NCBI GenBank assembly: GCA_002869165.1
Contig: PKTK01000011.1
Span: 1 to 49,593, forward strand
Length of the DNA: 49,593 nucleotides
Direction of reading: 5' to 3'
DNA from: Candidatus Parcubacteria bacterium
GTDB taxonomy: Bacteria > Patescibacteriota > Patescibacteriia > Patescibacteriales > UBA12075
A program made the position numbers and the translations under genes. The stretch's first letter is position 1, and every line of letters starts with the position of its first letter. Below, in pieces: positions 38,946 to 48,228 of this stretch. Under the pieces are notes generated by a model. It did no database searches. It saw only the letters and a program-made list of their open reading frames with translations, and was not told the DNA's origin.

Positions 38946-39260
38946 TTACTTGGTTAATTTTTTTAAAATATCTGGACTTAAATTATCAAAATCAATTGAA
39001 TCCAAATTTAAATTTGGGCCACTAACACCAATACTTAAAATTTCCTGATATTTTTCAAATAGTTTTTCCAACATTGGCGGTAGATAAATATAAGCTATTA
39101 TCAAAGGTATCAAGATAATCAAAATTTTCAAGTAACCTAAAATACGCTGATAATTCAATATACTATGATTCTTTTTTACCAGCTTTAAAATCTCTTCATT
39201 TTGTTTTTTTGTTTCTTCTATTAGTTGTTTGATTTCTTCGTAAGAATTATTGTTTTCCAT
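38946..39260 (-). CDS. Hypothetical single-TM protein
   Basis: In an operon; one hydrophobic segment. Confidence 0.65.
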   Translation of the reverse strand: MENNNSYEEIKQLIEETKKQNEEILKLVKKNHSILNYQRILGYLKILIILIPLIIAYIYLPPMLEKLFEKYQEILSIGVSGPNLNLDSIDFDNLSPDILKKLTK

Positions 39261-39265
39261 ATTTT

Positions 39266-39994
39266 TTATCTAAGCCTGCAATACCTAGTATAATTAGAAG
39301 CAGTTTCAAGCATTTTTTTCATCATATCATCAGAAAAAGGCTGAACATTTTTAAAATTTTTATTGACTAGGTCTTTACTGGCTTGAAATTGTTGAAGATA
39401 CCACTTGTCTGCTTTATTTATAAGTTCACCCATTTCATTAATATCTTCAAGTTTGTGAATTCCAGGCACAATTGTTGATCTAAACTCATGAGGTATTTCT
39501 GAGCTTTTCAAAATATCAATACTTGTCTTAATATTATTCATATTTGGTTGAGTACCTGTTGCCAGATCATATTTCTTTTCATTGGCTTTTATGTCCATAG
39601 CAACATAATCAAGTAAACCTCTTTCCAGAAGTCCTCTGATAATCTCTGGCCTGGTGCCATTGGTATCTAGCTTTACTTTGAAGCCCATATCTTTGATCTT
39701 TTTTACAAATTCAGGTAAGTCATCATGAAGAGTTGGTTCACCTCCAGAAATTACTACTGCATCAAGCTTGCGAATCCTTGTTTCCAAAAATAGAAAAAGG
39801 CTATCCTCAGCTATTGTCTGAGGATGGCCTTTATCTCGATTTGTATCATTAAGCTTATCTTGCTCAAAGGGCACGACAAGCATGGGATTGTAACAAAAGT
39901 GGCATCGAAAATTGCATCCTTGAGTAAACACAATTGCTGCTAAATGATCTGGATAATCTATCAGTGAAAATTTATCTAAGCCACCTATCATCAT
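39266..39994 (-). CDS. nrdG: Anaerobic ribonucleotide reductase activating enzyme (radical SAM)
   Basis: SLIDYP, GCNFRCHFCYN (CxxxCxxC), SGGEPT, KLDTNG; downstream of nrdD. Confidence 0.93.
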   Translation of the reverse strand: MMIGGLDKFSLIDYPDHLAAIVFTQGCNFRCHFCYNPMLVVPFEQDKLNDTNRDKGHPQTIAEDSLFLFLETRIRKLDAVVISGGEPTLHDDLPEFVKKIKDMGFKVKLDTNGTRPEIIRGLLERGLLDYVAMDIKANEKKYDLATGTQPNMNNIKTSIDILKSSEIPHEFRSTIVPGIHKLEDINEMGELINKADKWYLQQFQASKDLVNKNFKNVQPFSDDMMKKMLETASNYTRYCRLR

Positions 39995-40007
39995 ATAATA
40001 AAAACTA

Positions 40008-40145
40008 TTATTTACTTATACTGTAAGTTTTTCTGTCTGCGTATTCTGATTGCTTGCCCTTATTCCAGCATTTTGTTGGTGTGTACCAGCCATTAACACG
40101 TGAATAAACTTGGCATTCTTGTCTTTTGTTTTTGATTGGACTCAT
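40008..40145 (-). CDS. Stand-alone NrdD glycyl-radical domain peptide (45 aa; not in the ORF track)
   Basis: Manual translation MSPIKNKRQECQVYSRVNGWYTPTKCWNKGKQSEYADRKTYSISK matches the NrdD C-terminal YSRxxG...WN.GK..E..DR motif. Confidence 0.88.
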   Translation of the reverse strand: MSPIKNKRQECQVYSRVNGWYTPTKCWNKGKQSEYADRKTYSISK

Positions 40146-40300
40146 ATTGTTTTTTATTTAGAGCTCATTACTCCTTGTAATAACCGCTAAATTTTTTATT
40201 AATTTTTATTTAAAAAATTTGATAGTTTTTTATTTTCATCCTTAACTGAGTGAATAATCCCGAGATTCTTTGGTGAAACCTCAGAATAACACCAATATTT

Positions 40301-42427
40301 TTAAGCCATTGCTTGAATAAGTTCTCTTTCTATATTTTCCGCTAATCCCTCCTCAATCACTTGTTCTTTGATAGTTTTGATCTCTAATTCCTTTTTTTCT
40401 CCTTCTTCACTAAAACCATTCTCTTGATCACACTTAGGACAGTATTTATGTTCACCTGGTAGATAGCCATGCTTAGGGCAAATAGAAAATGTTGGTGTAA
40501 TAGTAAAATATGGCAAGTGATAACTCTCACAGATTGTTTTGACTAATTTTTTACAAGATTCTGTGTCTTTAATTCTTTCACCAATAAATCCGTGCAAAAC
40601 TGTACCTCCTGTATATTTAGTCTGTAAATTATCCTGAAGCTCCAAAGCTTCAAAGATATCATCAGTAAAACCAACCGGCAAATGAGTTGAATTGGTATAA
40701 TATGGATCAACTCCTTGCTCTTCAACTAGATCATTGTTAGCTACAATTATATCTGGGTATAATTCCTTGTCCTTTTTGGCAAATCTATAAGTTGCTCCTT
40801 CGGCTGGACTAGCTTCTAAATTGTAAAGATTGTTTGTTTCGTTTTGGTAATCCATGAGTCTTTCTCTCATAAAATCCAACACCTCTTCGGCAAACTCTTT
40901 GCCTTCCTGACTAGAAATATCTTTACCCAAGAAATTCTTTACTCCCTCATTCACACCATTCAAACCAATTGTATTGAAATGGTTCTGCCAGTATGTGCCG
41001 AATCTCTCGTAAATATCTGATAAATAATATTTTGAATATGGATAAAGTCCGTCTTCAGAATATTTTTCAATAATTTTTCTCTTGATCTCTAGACTCTCTT
41101 TAGCTAGGTCCATTAATTTAATAATCCTTTCTTTAAATTCTTCTTTACTCTTTGCTAAATAACCGATTCGAGATATATTCAGAGTTACTACTCCTAGACT
41201 TCCAGTTAAAGGATTGGCGCCGAATAGACCACCGCCTCTTTTTCTAAGTTCCCTATTATCAAGTCTAAGTCGACAACACATAGATCTAGCATCATCTCTG
41301 TCCATGTCAGAATTAATGAAATTTGAAAAATATGGAATGCCGTATTTAGCGGTCATCTCCCAAACGGGCTTTAGTGCTTCTCTGTCCCAATCAAAATCCT
41401 TGTCAATTGAATAAGTGGGAATTGGAAAAGAAAATATTCTACCAGTTGAATCGCCTTCGATCATAACCTCGGCAAAAGCCTTATTAAACATGTCCATTTC
41501 ATTTTGAAAGTCCTTGTACCTTTCCTTCATTGGCTGACCACCAATGATCACACTCTCTTCGCCAATCATTTTTGATGGTGTAACATCCAAAGAGATGTTG
41601 GTAAATGGTGTTTGAAAACCGACTCTGGTAGGAACATTTACATTAAACACAAATTCTTGAATTGCTTGTTTTACTTCCTTGTAGCTTAAGTTGTCGTATT
41701 TAATAAATGGTGCTAGATATGTATCAAAATTGGCAAATGCTTGCGCACCAGCTGCTTCGCCTTGTAGTGTATAAAGAAAATTTACCACCTGCCCAAGAGC
41801 AGATCTAAAATGCTTAGGTGGTTTTGACTGGGTCTTTTCACCTACTCCCCCAAAACCTTTCATAAGTAAGGCCTTCAAATCCCAGCCACAACAATATGGT
41901 GCCAACATTCCTAGGTCATGTAAATGAAAATCGCCATTTACATGAGCATTTCTAATTTCTTGAGGGTACAGCTTGTTTAACCAATACTTAGCTGATACAG
42001 CTGAAGCAATGTAATTATTTAAACCTTGTACAGAAAAACTCATATTGGAATTCTCCTTGAGTCGCCAATCAGCCCTACCAAGATAATCAAGCATGAGCTT
42101 CTCTTCCATGTTTTCATCATTTAGCTCTCTTAATTGTCTATGTTGATCTCTGTATAATATGTATGCTTTTGCTATTTTTGTGTGTTTACTTTCAATTAAT
42201 ACCTTTTCTACAATGTCTTGTACTTCTTCAACTGCTGGAATACTCCTACGATGAAATTTTTCATTAAGTCTTTTTTCAATTTCGTCGGTAAGCTTTTCAG
42301 CTAAAGGCATGTTTTTTCTGTCAACTGCTTTGGTTGTTTTGTAAATAGCATCTACAATTTTGTTTTTATCAAAATCTACTATTTCTCCTGATCTTTTTAT
42401 TATTTTTTTTACTGTTTCTTTTGGCAT
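40301..42427 (-). CDS. nrdD: Class III anaerobic ribonucleoside-triphosphate reductase with ATP cone, lacking the C-terminal glycyl-radical motif
   Basis: ATP cone IIKRSG...FDK.KI, HLHDL..YCCGW, SMCCRL, YYTNST, YTGGTVLH, CPKHG...CPKC. Confidence 0.95.
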   Translation of the reverse strand: MPKETVKKIIKRSGEIVDFDKNKIVDAIYKTTKAVDRKNMPLAEKLTDEIEKRLNEKFHRRSIPAVEEVQDIVEKVLIESKHTKIAKAYILYRDQHRQLRELNDENMEEKLMLDYLGRADWRLKENSNMSFSVQGLNNYIASAVSAKYWLNKLYPQEIRNAHVNGDFHLHDLGMLAPYCCGWDLKALLMKGFGGVGEKTQSKPPKHFRSALGQVVNFLYTLQGEAAGAQAFANFDTYLAPFIKYDNLSYKEVKQAIQEFVFNVNVPTRVGFQTPFTNISLDVTPSKMIGEESVIIGGQPMKERYKDFQNEMDMFNKAFAEVMIEGDSTGRIFSFPIPTYSIDKDFDWDREALKPVWEMTAKYGIPYFSNFINSDMDRDDARSMCCRLRLDNRELRKRGGGLFGANPLTGSLGVVTLNISRIGYLAKSKEEFKERIIKLMDLAKESLEIKRKIIEKYSEDGLYPYSKYYLSDIYERFGTYWQNHFNTIGLNGVNEGVKNFLGKDISSQEGKEFAEEVLDFMRERLMDYQNETNNLYNLEASPAEGATYRFAKKDKELYPDIIVANNDLVEEQGVDPYYTNSTHLPVGFTDDIFEALELQDNLQTKYTGGTVLHGFIGERIKDTESCKKLVKTICESYHLPYFTITPTFSICPKHGYLPGEHKYCPKCDQENGFSEEGEKKELEIKTIKEQVIEEGLAENIERELIQAMA

Positions 42428-42456
42428 GGGGATATATGAGATAAAAAATTATTAAA

Positions 42457-42933
42457 TTATTTTTTTCCTTGTTTATTCTTTCTTTTGCGAACTAATTTTT
42501 CAAGTTCTTCTTGAAAGGTTTGCACATCTTCAAATGATTCATAAACACTGGCAAATCTAATATATGCAACTTTATCGACTTTTTTAAGCTCTTTCATGAT
42601 GATTTTACCAATTTTTTCGCTCCCCACCTCTGTTTCTCTAAGAGCCTGGATATTTCTTTCTATACCATGAATAAGTTTTTTGAATCCGTCATCAGTAATT
42701 GGTCTTTTTTCTAGAGATTTTTTAACCCCCCTGACAATTTTCTCTCTATCATAGGCTTGCTTTGTTCCATCACTCTTAATAACTGTAAGCTCCATTATTT
42801 CAACTTCTTCATTAGTTGAAAATCGAAAATTACATTTTAAGCACTCTCTTCGCCTACGTATAGAAAAACCATCACTAGAGGCTCTTGAGTCAACCACCTT
42901 TGTATCTTCATTTAAACAGACTGGACACTTCAT
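42457..42933 (-). CDS. nrdR: Transcriptional repressor NrdR
   Basis: MKCPVC...TKVVDSR...IRRRRECLKC.FRFST, ATP cone, VAYIRFASVY. Confidence 0.97.
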   Translation of the reverse strand: MKCPVCLNEDTKVVDSRASSDGFSIRRRRECLKCNFRFSTNEEVEIMELTVIKSDGTKQAYDREKIVRGVKKSLEKRPITDDGFKKLIHGIERNIQALRETEVGSEKIGKIIMKELKKVDKVAYIRFASVYESFEDVQTFQEELEKLVRKRKNKQGKK

Positions 42934-43069
42934 TTTTTATAATTTTGATGATTAAATAGTAGTAGCTGAGTTTTAAATAAAAAAACACCCGTATTGCTTG
43001 CGTTTACTTGTAAAGGAGGCAAGAAAAGGTGTTTAGGTAAAATTCGCTATTTCTGATATTTTTATTAAA

Positions 43070-43124
43070 CCACTATATTTTGTGTTACCTATTATCATTA
43101 TACCACAACATGTAGTAAAGTCAA
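43070..43124 (-). promoter_or_regulatory. nrdR-nrdD promoter with two NrdR boxes
   Basis: TTGACT(43124)-16-TATAAT(43102); boxes CCACTATATTTTGTGT (43070-43085) and CCACAACATGTAGTAA (43103-43118) resemble acaCwAtATaTwGtgt. Confidence 0.75.
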
Positions 43125-43415
43125 TGGGTTCTAATGTGGCTTATATTAGTGTAGCGGATTTTTTTCATCCTCTATAGTTTAAAAATAACACAATAAATAA
43201 TTAATGCAATAGCAATTTGCATGTGGAAAAGTGGATAGCGGTGGATAACTTGTTTCACGTTTCTTGGATCTACAAATTTCTTTATTTTTTATACTTTAAA
43301 TGTTATATTTGAATGGTAAACATGCTTCAGTTTTTAATTTTTAATTTGTAATTTATAATTAAAAATTAAATATTAAAAATTGTTTACAAATAATAAATTA
43401 CAAATTATAAATTCA

Positions 43416-44693
43416 ATGAAAATTGTCGCTGATTTCCACATACATTCAAAATATTCTCGAGCTTGTTCAAAAATTCTTGAACTTAATAATATTGAGACTA
43501 CCTGCAGACAAAAAGGCATCCAACTCATTGGAACTGGAGATTTTACCTACCCTGCTTGGCAAAAATCTATTGAAAACGAACTAGAAGAAATAGCCAATAC
43601 AGGACTTTTTAAACTAAAAGAAGCACTAGATGATCAAGTGAGGTTTATTTTAACTACTGAAGTATCCCTGGTTTACAAAAAAAATGATAAATGTAGACGT
43701 ATTCATATAGTAATTCATGCACCAAACCTAGAAAGTATCCAAGAACTCAATAAACAGCTTGATAAGGACTATAATATTCGCTCTGATGGCCGGCCAATCC
43801 TCGGTATGAGCACAGAAAAACTCATGAAACTGCTTTTTTCTATTAGTCCTGACTTCTTAGTATATCCAGCACACATCTGGACTCCCTGGTATGCTGTTTT
43901 TGGCTCAAAATCAGGCTTTGATTCTATGAAAGAATGCTTTGGTGACTGGACTGATCATGTTTTTGCCTACGAAACAGGCCTTTCTAGTGATCCTGAGATG
44001 AATTGGCGCTTGTCTGGGCTTGATAAACTAACAATGTTGTCTAATTCTGATGCTCACAGCTTACCCAATCTTGCTCGTGAAGCAAATGTTTTCGAGCTAA
44101 AAGAAGCGAGCTATCAAGAAATAAATCAGGTTATCAAAAATAACGCTAATTCTAGCAATGCTAAAGATAATCAATCTTACCTAGACTACACCATTGAATT
44201 CTACCCTGAAGAAGGTATGTATCATTATGACGGACATCGTTCTTGCGATATTAGCTTGCATCCAGACGAAACTAACAAAAACAAAAAAATTTGTCCCAAA
44301 TGTGGCAAGCCATTAATAATTGGCGTAATGAACAGAGTGGATGAACTAGCTGATAGAAAAGAGGGCTACAAATCTGAGAATAAACCAGGTTTCAAAAAAC
44401 TAGTAGAACTAGACAAAATAATAGCAGAAAGTATAGGAGTAAAATCAAGAAACTCCAAAAAGGTCCAAGAAATCTATCAAAACACCCTAGAAATGCTTAA
44501 TTCCACTGAACTAGATATATTATTAAACGTAAATACTGATGATATAGCTAAAATTAGTGGAAAAACCCTGGCAGAGGGTATAAAAAGAGTCAGAAATGGC
44601 CAGCTACACATAAAACCAGGCTATGATGGGGTTTATGGAGAAGTAAAGATATTTAATGCAGAAGAAATAAAAAACCAAAAACAATTATTTTAG
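43416..44693 (+). CDS. PHP-domain endonuclease Q-like protein
   Basis: ADFHIHSKYSRA, GTGDFT, PAHIWTPW, ETGLSSD, NSDAHS, YHYDGHRSC...CPKCG, PGYDGVYG; likely ATG at 43416. Confidence 0.88.
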   Translation: MKIVADFHIHSKYSRACSKILELNNIETTCRQKGIQLIGTGDFTYPAWQKSIENELEEIANTGLFKLKEALDDQVRFILTTEVSLVYKKNDKCRRIHIVIHAPNLESIQELNKQLDKDYNIRSDGRPILGMSTEKLMKLLFSISPDFLVYPAHIWTPWYAVFGSKSGFDSMKECFGDWTDHVFAYETGLSSDPEMNWRLSGLDKLTMLSNSDAHSLPNLAREANVFELKEASYQEINQVIKNNANSSNAKDNQSYLDYTIEFYPEEGMYHYDGHRSCDISLHPDETNKNKKICPKCGKPLIIGVMNRVDELADRKEGYKSENKPGFKKLVELDKIIAESIGVKSRNSKKVQEIYQNTLEMLNSTELDILLNVNTDDIAKISGKTLAEGIKRVRNGQLHIKPGYDGVYGEVKIFNAEEIKNQKQLF

Positions 44694-44894
44694 CTTATTT
44701 TAAGTAAATAATATAAATATAAAAATTTATTTTTTACTAATATTAGCAAAAAAGAATGATTTTCAACTTGACAAATTTTTTAAATATGATATAATTTAGA
44801 TATAAGAAGTAGCAAATATGCTACTTTTTTGAACAAAAATAAAAATAAATATAAAAATAACATAAAATGAGGGATTTGTGTTATAAACAAACTT

Positions 44895-45197
44895 ATGCCA
44901 AATGAAGCACAATTCATGTCTGCCATAAATAAACCAACTGTTCATGGAAAATATGAAAATCAAGACACCAAAGAAAAAGGAAGTCTTGAAAAAAGAATTG
45001 AAGATAACATGAATAATTTTAGAGAACAATTCGCTACATTTAATGAAGATGAGCCAATTTTAATAAAAGCACAAGAACTTCTAGATGAATTTGGTAGCAG
45101 TAGCAATATTCCAGAATCAGAACTAGATTTTGATAAATCAAATTTTGATGAAGCAAGACTTCTAGGAATGGCAAAAATATTAGAAAATAATCAATAG
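44895..45197 (+). CDS. Hypothetical protein (100 aa)
   Basis: ORF downstream of a TTGACA...TATAAT promoter at about 44768-44795. Confidence 0.6.
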   Translation: MPNEAQFMSAINKPTVHGKYENQDTKEKGSLEKRIEDNMNNFREQFATFNEDEPILIKAQELLDEFGSSSNIPESELDFDKSNFDEARLLGMAKILENNQ

Positions 45198-45219
45198 TCA
45201 TATAATAAGGAGGTAAACA

Positions 45220-45435
45220 GTGACTGATAACAATCTTTCTAATAGATTCGAATCATACAAAGAAAACATTACCCTGTTCCAATTAGCCATTAGACTAATA
45301 AAAGAATATGGGAAAACGGACAAAATCCCGCTTGGAGAGATTAAGCAATCAAATACGGGGTTTTCTGAAGAAGATCTTATTGCCTGTTGTAAACTTGCTG
45401 AAGAAGAAATAATTAAAGAAAAGCTAGTACATTGA
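45220..45435 (+). CDS. Hypothetical protein (71 aa)
   Basis: AAGGAGG RBS before GTG. Confidence 0.6.
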   Translation: MTDNNLSNRFESYKENITLFQLAIRLIKEYGKTDKIPLGEIKQSNTGFSEEDLIACCKLAEEEIIKEKLVH

Positions 45436-45678
45436 TTTATATTGAGCATATTCAAGAAACATGTGAATATGCTCTTTTTTATTAAAAAAATAAAGACCGG
45501 AATTATTGTATCCGGTCTTTTTGAGATTTTGCTTACTCCGTTTTCGAGAGTAAAGTTTTTTGCCTTTTTTATGGCCATGACTCCCGCCTCTTTTATGAAG
45601 GGTTTCCAGAGCTACATTTGGCAGTTTGATCTTTGGGATCTCCTTGTTTTTGCTCCTAATCCTCTTTCTTTTTTTCAT
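45424..45678 (-). CDS. Small basic protein, candidate ArfA/BrfA-like ribosome rescue factor
   Basis: NVALETLH...HKKGKKLYSRKRSK resembles the ArfA KKGKGSYxRK region; intrinsic terminator inside the frame. Confidence 0.5.
   Translation of the reverse strand: MKKRKRIRSKNKEIPKIKLPNVALETLHKRGGSHGHKKGKKLYSRKRSKQNLKKTGYNNSGLYFFNKKEHIHMFLEYAQYKSMY
45484..45522. terminator. Bidirectional intrinsic terminator inside ORF 45424..45678
   Basis: AAAGACCGGA-9nt-TCCGGTCTTT with A/T tracts on both sides. Confidence 0.8.
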
Positions 45679-45687
45679 TTCATCATC

Positions 45688-45906
45688 CTATATTTTACAA
45701 TTTTCACAAAGGTCTCCTTTTGAAGGAGATCCGCATTGACTACAGCCTAACATAATATGACCATATATTCCACTATACTGGCCAATACGTTTTTGAATGA
45801 TGGTACTACGACGAACTTTTCTTTGTTTGTCCTGATAGTGGTAAGACCCTTTAGAACCGCTACATTCCTCTCTACAATACACTCTTGTACATTCTTGGCA
45901 AGCCAT
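45688..45906 (-). CDS. Small Cys-rich (zinc-binding-like) protein
   Basis: CQEC...C...C, CSQC, CENC; GGAGG RBS. Confidence 0.7.
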   Translation of the reverse strand: MACQECTRVYCREECSGSKGSYHYQDKQRKVRRSTIIQKRIGQYSGIYGHIMLGCSQCGSPSKGDLCENCKI

Positions 45907-45999
45907 AGGCTAAATCCTCCAAATTTTATTTTATTTATTTTTCCTTTAATATTTCACTTTTATCAAATGAAATATTAGAGAAAAGCGAAGTTTTCTCAT

Positions 46000-46278
46000 T
46001 TATTCCTCCAAAAAATAAAATTTATCATCTACTTTCAAACAATCCCTCATTCCTTCTATCCAAATAAAAGCTTCTGCGTTCTCATAATAATAATTATCCT
46101 CCTCGACAGTTTCTAGTTTTTTAACGCTTTCTTCTTTAACTACGCAGACTCCACAACAAACTTTTCCCATAAAACTCAATTCTCCTTTTTCCCAAGCATT
46201 AATCAGATCTTTCTTATTTCCCTTGAATTCTACTCCATAACTTGCAAACCCAAATTCTTCATCGATGTAAATTTTCAT
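46000..46278 (-). CDS. Hypothetical acidic protein (92 aa)
   Basis: AAGGAGG RBS; bounded by repeats. Confidence 0.75.
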   Translation of the reverse strand: MKIYIDEEFGFASYGVEFKGNKKDLINAWEKGELSFMGKVCCGVCVVKEESVKKLETVEEDNYYYENAEAFIWIEGMRDCLKVDDKFYFLEE

Positions 46279-46470
46279 AATAGCCTCCTTGGCTTTTGTT
46301 TTTTTGTCTTTAATATTCCCTCTAACATTGCACTTAGTATAAATGAAATATTAGAGAAAAGCGAAGTTTTCTCGTTTTGCTTTTGCTTGATCTTCTCATC
46401 CGGTAACGCTCAAGCAAGCATTACTCTGACCACCCAAGAAGTAGGTGCCTAAAAAGGTAAAGTCAAGCTC

Positions 46471-46764
46471 CTAGACCCTGGTGATCAGAAAAGGAGTAAC
46501 ACCGATCTCGAGAATCTCCTCGATGGTGTACTCTTTTCCGAACTCGAGTCGGCCCTTGGGCTTCAAGGCAAGTGCCTCATCATAGCCCTGGCAGACTCCT
46601 CGAGTCTCGGTCGGATCGACACCGATCGCCTTTACGGTCTGGTGACCGCAAAAGTTCTCAGCGTCTACCGCCCAAGCCCGAGCTTCGTCGAGAGAAATCA
46701 CCTTGGCGGTGAAATTTCCCTCTTCGAGGAGCATAGGAGCAGAAAGAATTGCTTTTCTCGTCAT
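46471..46764 (-). CDS. DUF1874/STIV B116-family protein (AcrIII-1-like cA4 ring nuclease)
   Basis: ISLDEARAW...ENFCGHQT (conserved GH), TR, KGRLEFGKEYTIEEI match the family pattern; GGGAGG RBS; visibly GC-richer than its surroundings. Confidence 0.75.
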   Translation of the reverse strand: MTRKAILSAPMLLEEGNFTAKVISLDEARAWAVDAENFCGHQTVKAIGVDPTETRGVCQGYDEALALKPKGRLEFGKEYTIEEILEIGVTPFLITRV

Positions 46765-46923
46765 AGAGCAAGCCTCCCTTCCTTAATTAATTGTCAAATG
46801 TTTATCAAGGAGTGACAATATCTCCTTCCCTCTAGCATCTCACTACTTATAATGAGATATTAGAGAAAAGCGAAGTTTTTTTAATTTTTTTCTTACTGAA
46901 ATTGTAACAATTTAAAGTGTTTT

Positions 46924-47231
46924 GCTCAGGCCGATTGATAAAGTCGGTTTTTCCATATCGCTATCGAGGCACACTTTAGCCCCGCAATCATTCCGCTCCA
47001 ATGCGAGAGCGAACACGGAGATTTGATTGAACTCCCCAATTACCTCAGAATTTTATTCTTTGGTTTTTGGTCAAGACCGTGGATAAATATATGTTATCAA
47101 TTCATATACCATCCCACACCTAGTTTACAATATCTTTAAAACAATACATTGTTTTAAAGTATTGCTGCTACTACAATGGTACTTAACTGTCACCATTTAT
47201 AGCAGTGCTAGGATTTTCACTATTACAACCC
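46924..47231 (-). ncRNA. Candidate structured ncRNA, copy B
   Basis: No ORF of 60 aa or more on the sense strand; shares ordered sequence blocks with copy A. Confidence 0.6.
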
Positions 47232-47320
47232 AATAGCATTTCACAAATAATTTATGAAATATTATCGAGGGGAGACTTTTTCGATTGTCGAAAAAATCTC
47301 CCTAAAATGTGTTTGAAATA

Positions 47321-47640
47321 GCGGGTCCGATTGATGGTCGGTTTGTGCTTGCCTATTTCTTTTTCTTAACGAGGTCACTTTTTTATCCCCGCAATATCCT
47401 TCCTTTGCTTTATTTAATGGCGCAAAGGATTACAGATGGTTAGTCTGCTTGTTGGTTTGGATCGTGGATGCTCGGATCAAGCACCCCCTTGCTTTTTACA
47501 ATATCCCTTGAGGAAAGGAAATATCGCTTCGGGCTCTACGTGGCCCCTTGGAGGAGATCACTACCCCCAACCCATGGCGAGTTACCAACTCACCCCGAAT
47601 CGCTTACGCGACACTTCCGGACAGTCAGAAGATTTTTGGA
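47321..47640 (-). ncRNA. Candidate structured ncRNA, copy A
   Basis: GC-rich hairpins with minus-strand G-U pairs (GGTGAGT/ACTCGCC, GGGTGCTT/GAGCATCC); homologous to copy B. Confidence 0.6.
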
Positions 47641-47726
47641 TTTCTCCTCTAGCATCTCACTACTTATAATGAGATATTAGAGAAAAGCGAAGTTTTCTCT
47701 CTCTACAAAAGCAAAATCTTGCGGAC

Positions 47727-48086
47727 TTATTCATAGCCTGCTAAACATGATGAACATGCTAAATTCAGCTGGCGATGATTAAGATCACGAAGAAAAACAA
47801 TGTCGATTTTATTTAAAATCGCCTTGTCTTTCACTGTGTACCCATAAGATTTTACTTTGACAATCTTTACACGCTTATACAACATGATATATCTTCTTGC
47901 TTTGCAACAATAGAATTTTTTTTCTACTGGTCCAGAAACTGCAAGCGCAATAAAATAAACTGTGTAAAGCTTGTCTTCAAAACGCATAAAATGATCTTTT
48001 ATCCGTTTTGACTTACCAGGATTTTTTAAGATCCTGGCTTCTGCAACATAAAATGGGATACTTCCTATCTTTTTTGCTTTTTCCAT
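47727..48086 (-). CDS. Hypothetical basic protein (about 119 aa; likely start ATG 48086)
   Basis: AAGGGGGA RBS; the longer upstream start would run through a repeat. Confidence 0.7.
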   Translation of the reverse strand: MEKAKKIGSIPFYVAEARILKNPGKSKRIKDHFMRFEDKLYTVYFIALAVSGPVEKKFYCCKARRYIMLYKRVKIVKVKSYGYTVKDKAILNKIDIVFLRDLNHRQLNLACSSCLAGYE

Positions 48087-48228
48087 TTTTGTCCCCCCTT
48101 TTTTCCTGAACATTCCACTTAGAAAAAGCCTGTTTGAGAAAAGCGAAGTTTTCTCGTATTGCATTGATAGTGTCCGCTTATCAGGCGCCCAGGTGCTTCC
48201 CCTGAGTATTACAGGTCAGTTTATATCC

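Larger units (their letters stand above)
45947..48155 (-). repeat. Interspersed ~55-bp double-hairpin repeat: 45947-45997, 46318-46373, 46828-46882, 47646-47699, partial 48136-48155, variant 47234-47302
   Basis: Minus-strand consensus GAGAAAA-CTTCGC-TTTTCTC-TAATATyTCA-loop-TGArATryTA; copies at 46829 and 47646 identical over 51 bp; one copy between each cargo unit. Confidence 0.9.

Noticed and set aside
47436-47680. Two plus-strand ORFs (77 and 70 aa)
   Set aside because: Antisense to the array, run into a repeat, and are not preserved in the homologous copy B.
45947-48155. CRISPR array
   Set aside because: Spacers are about 280-430 bp and contain genes or RNAs, repeats vary, and no cas genes are present.
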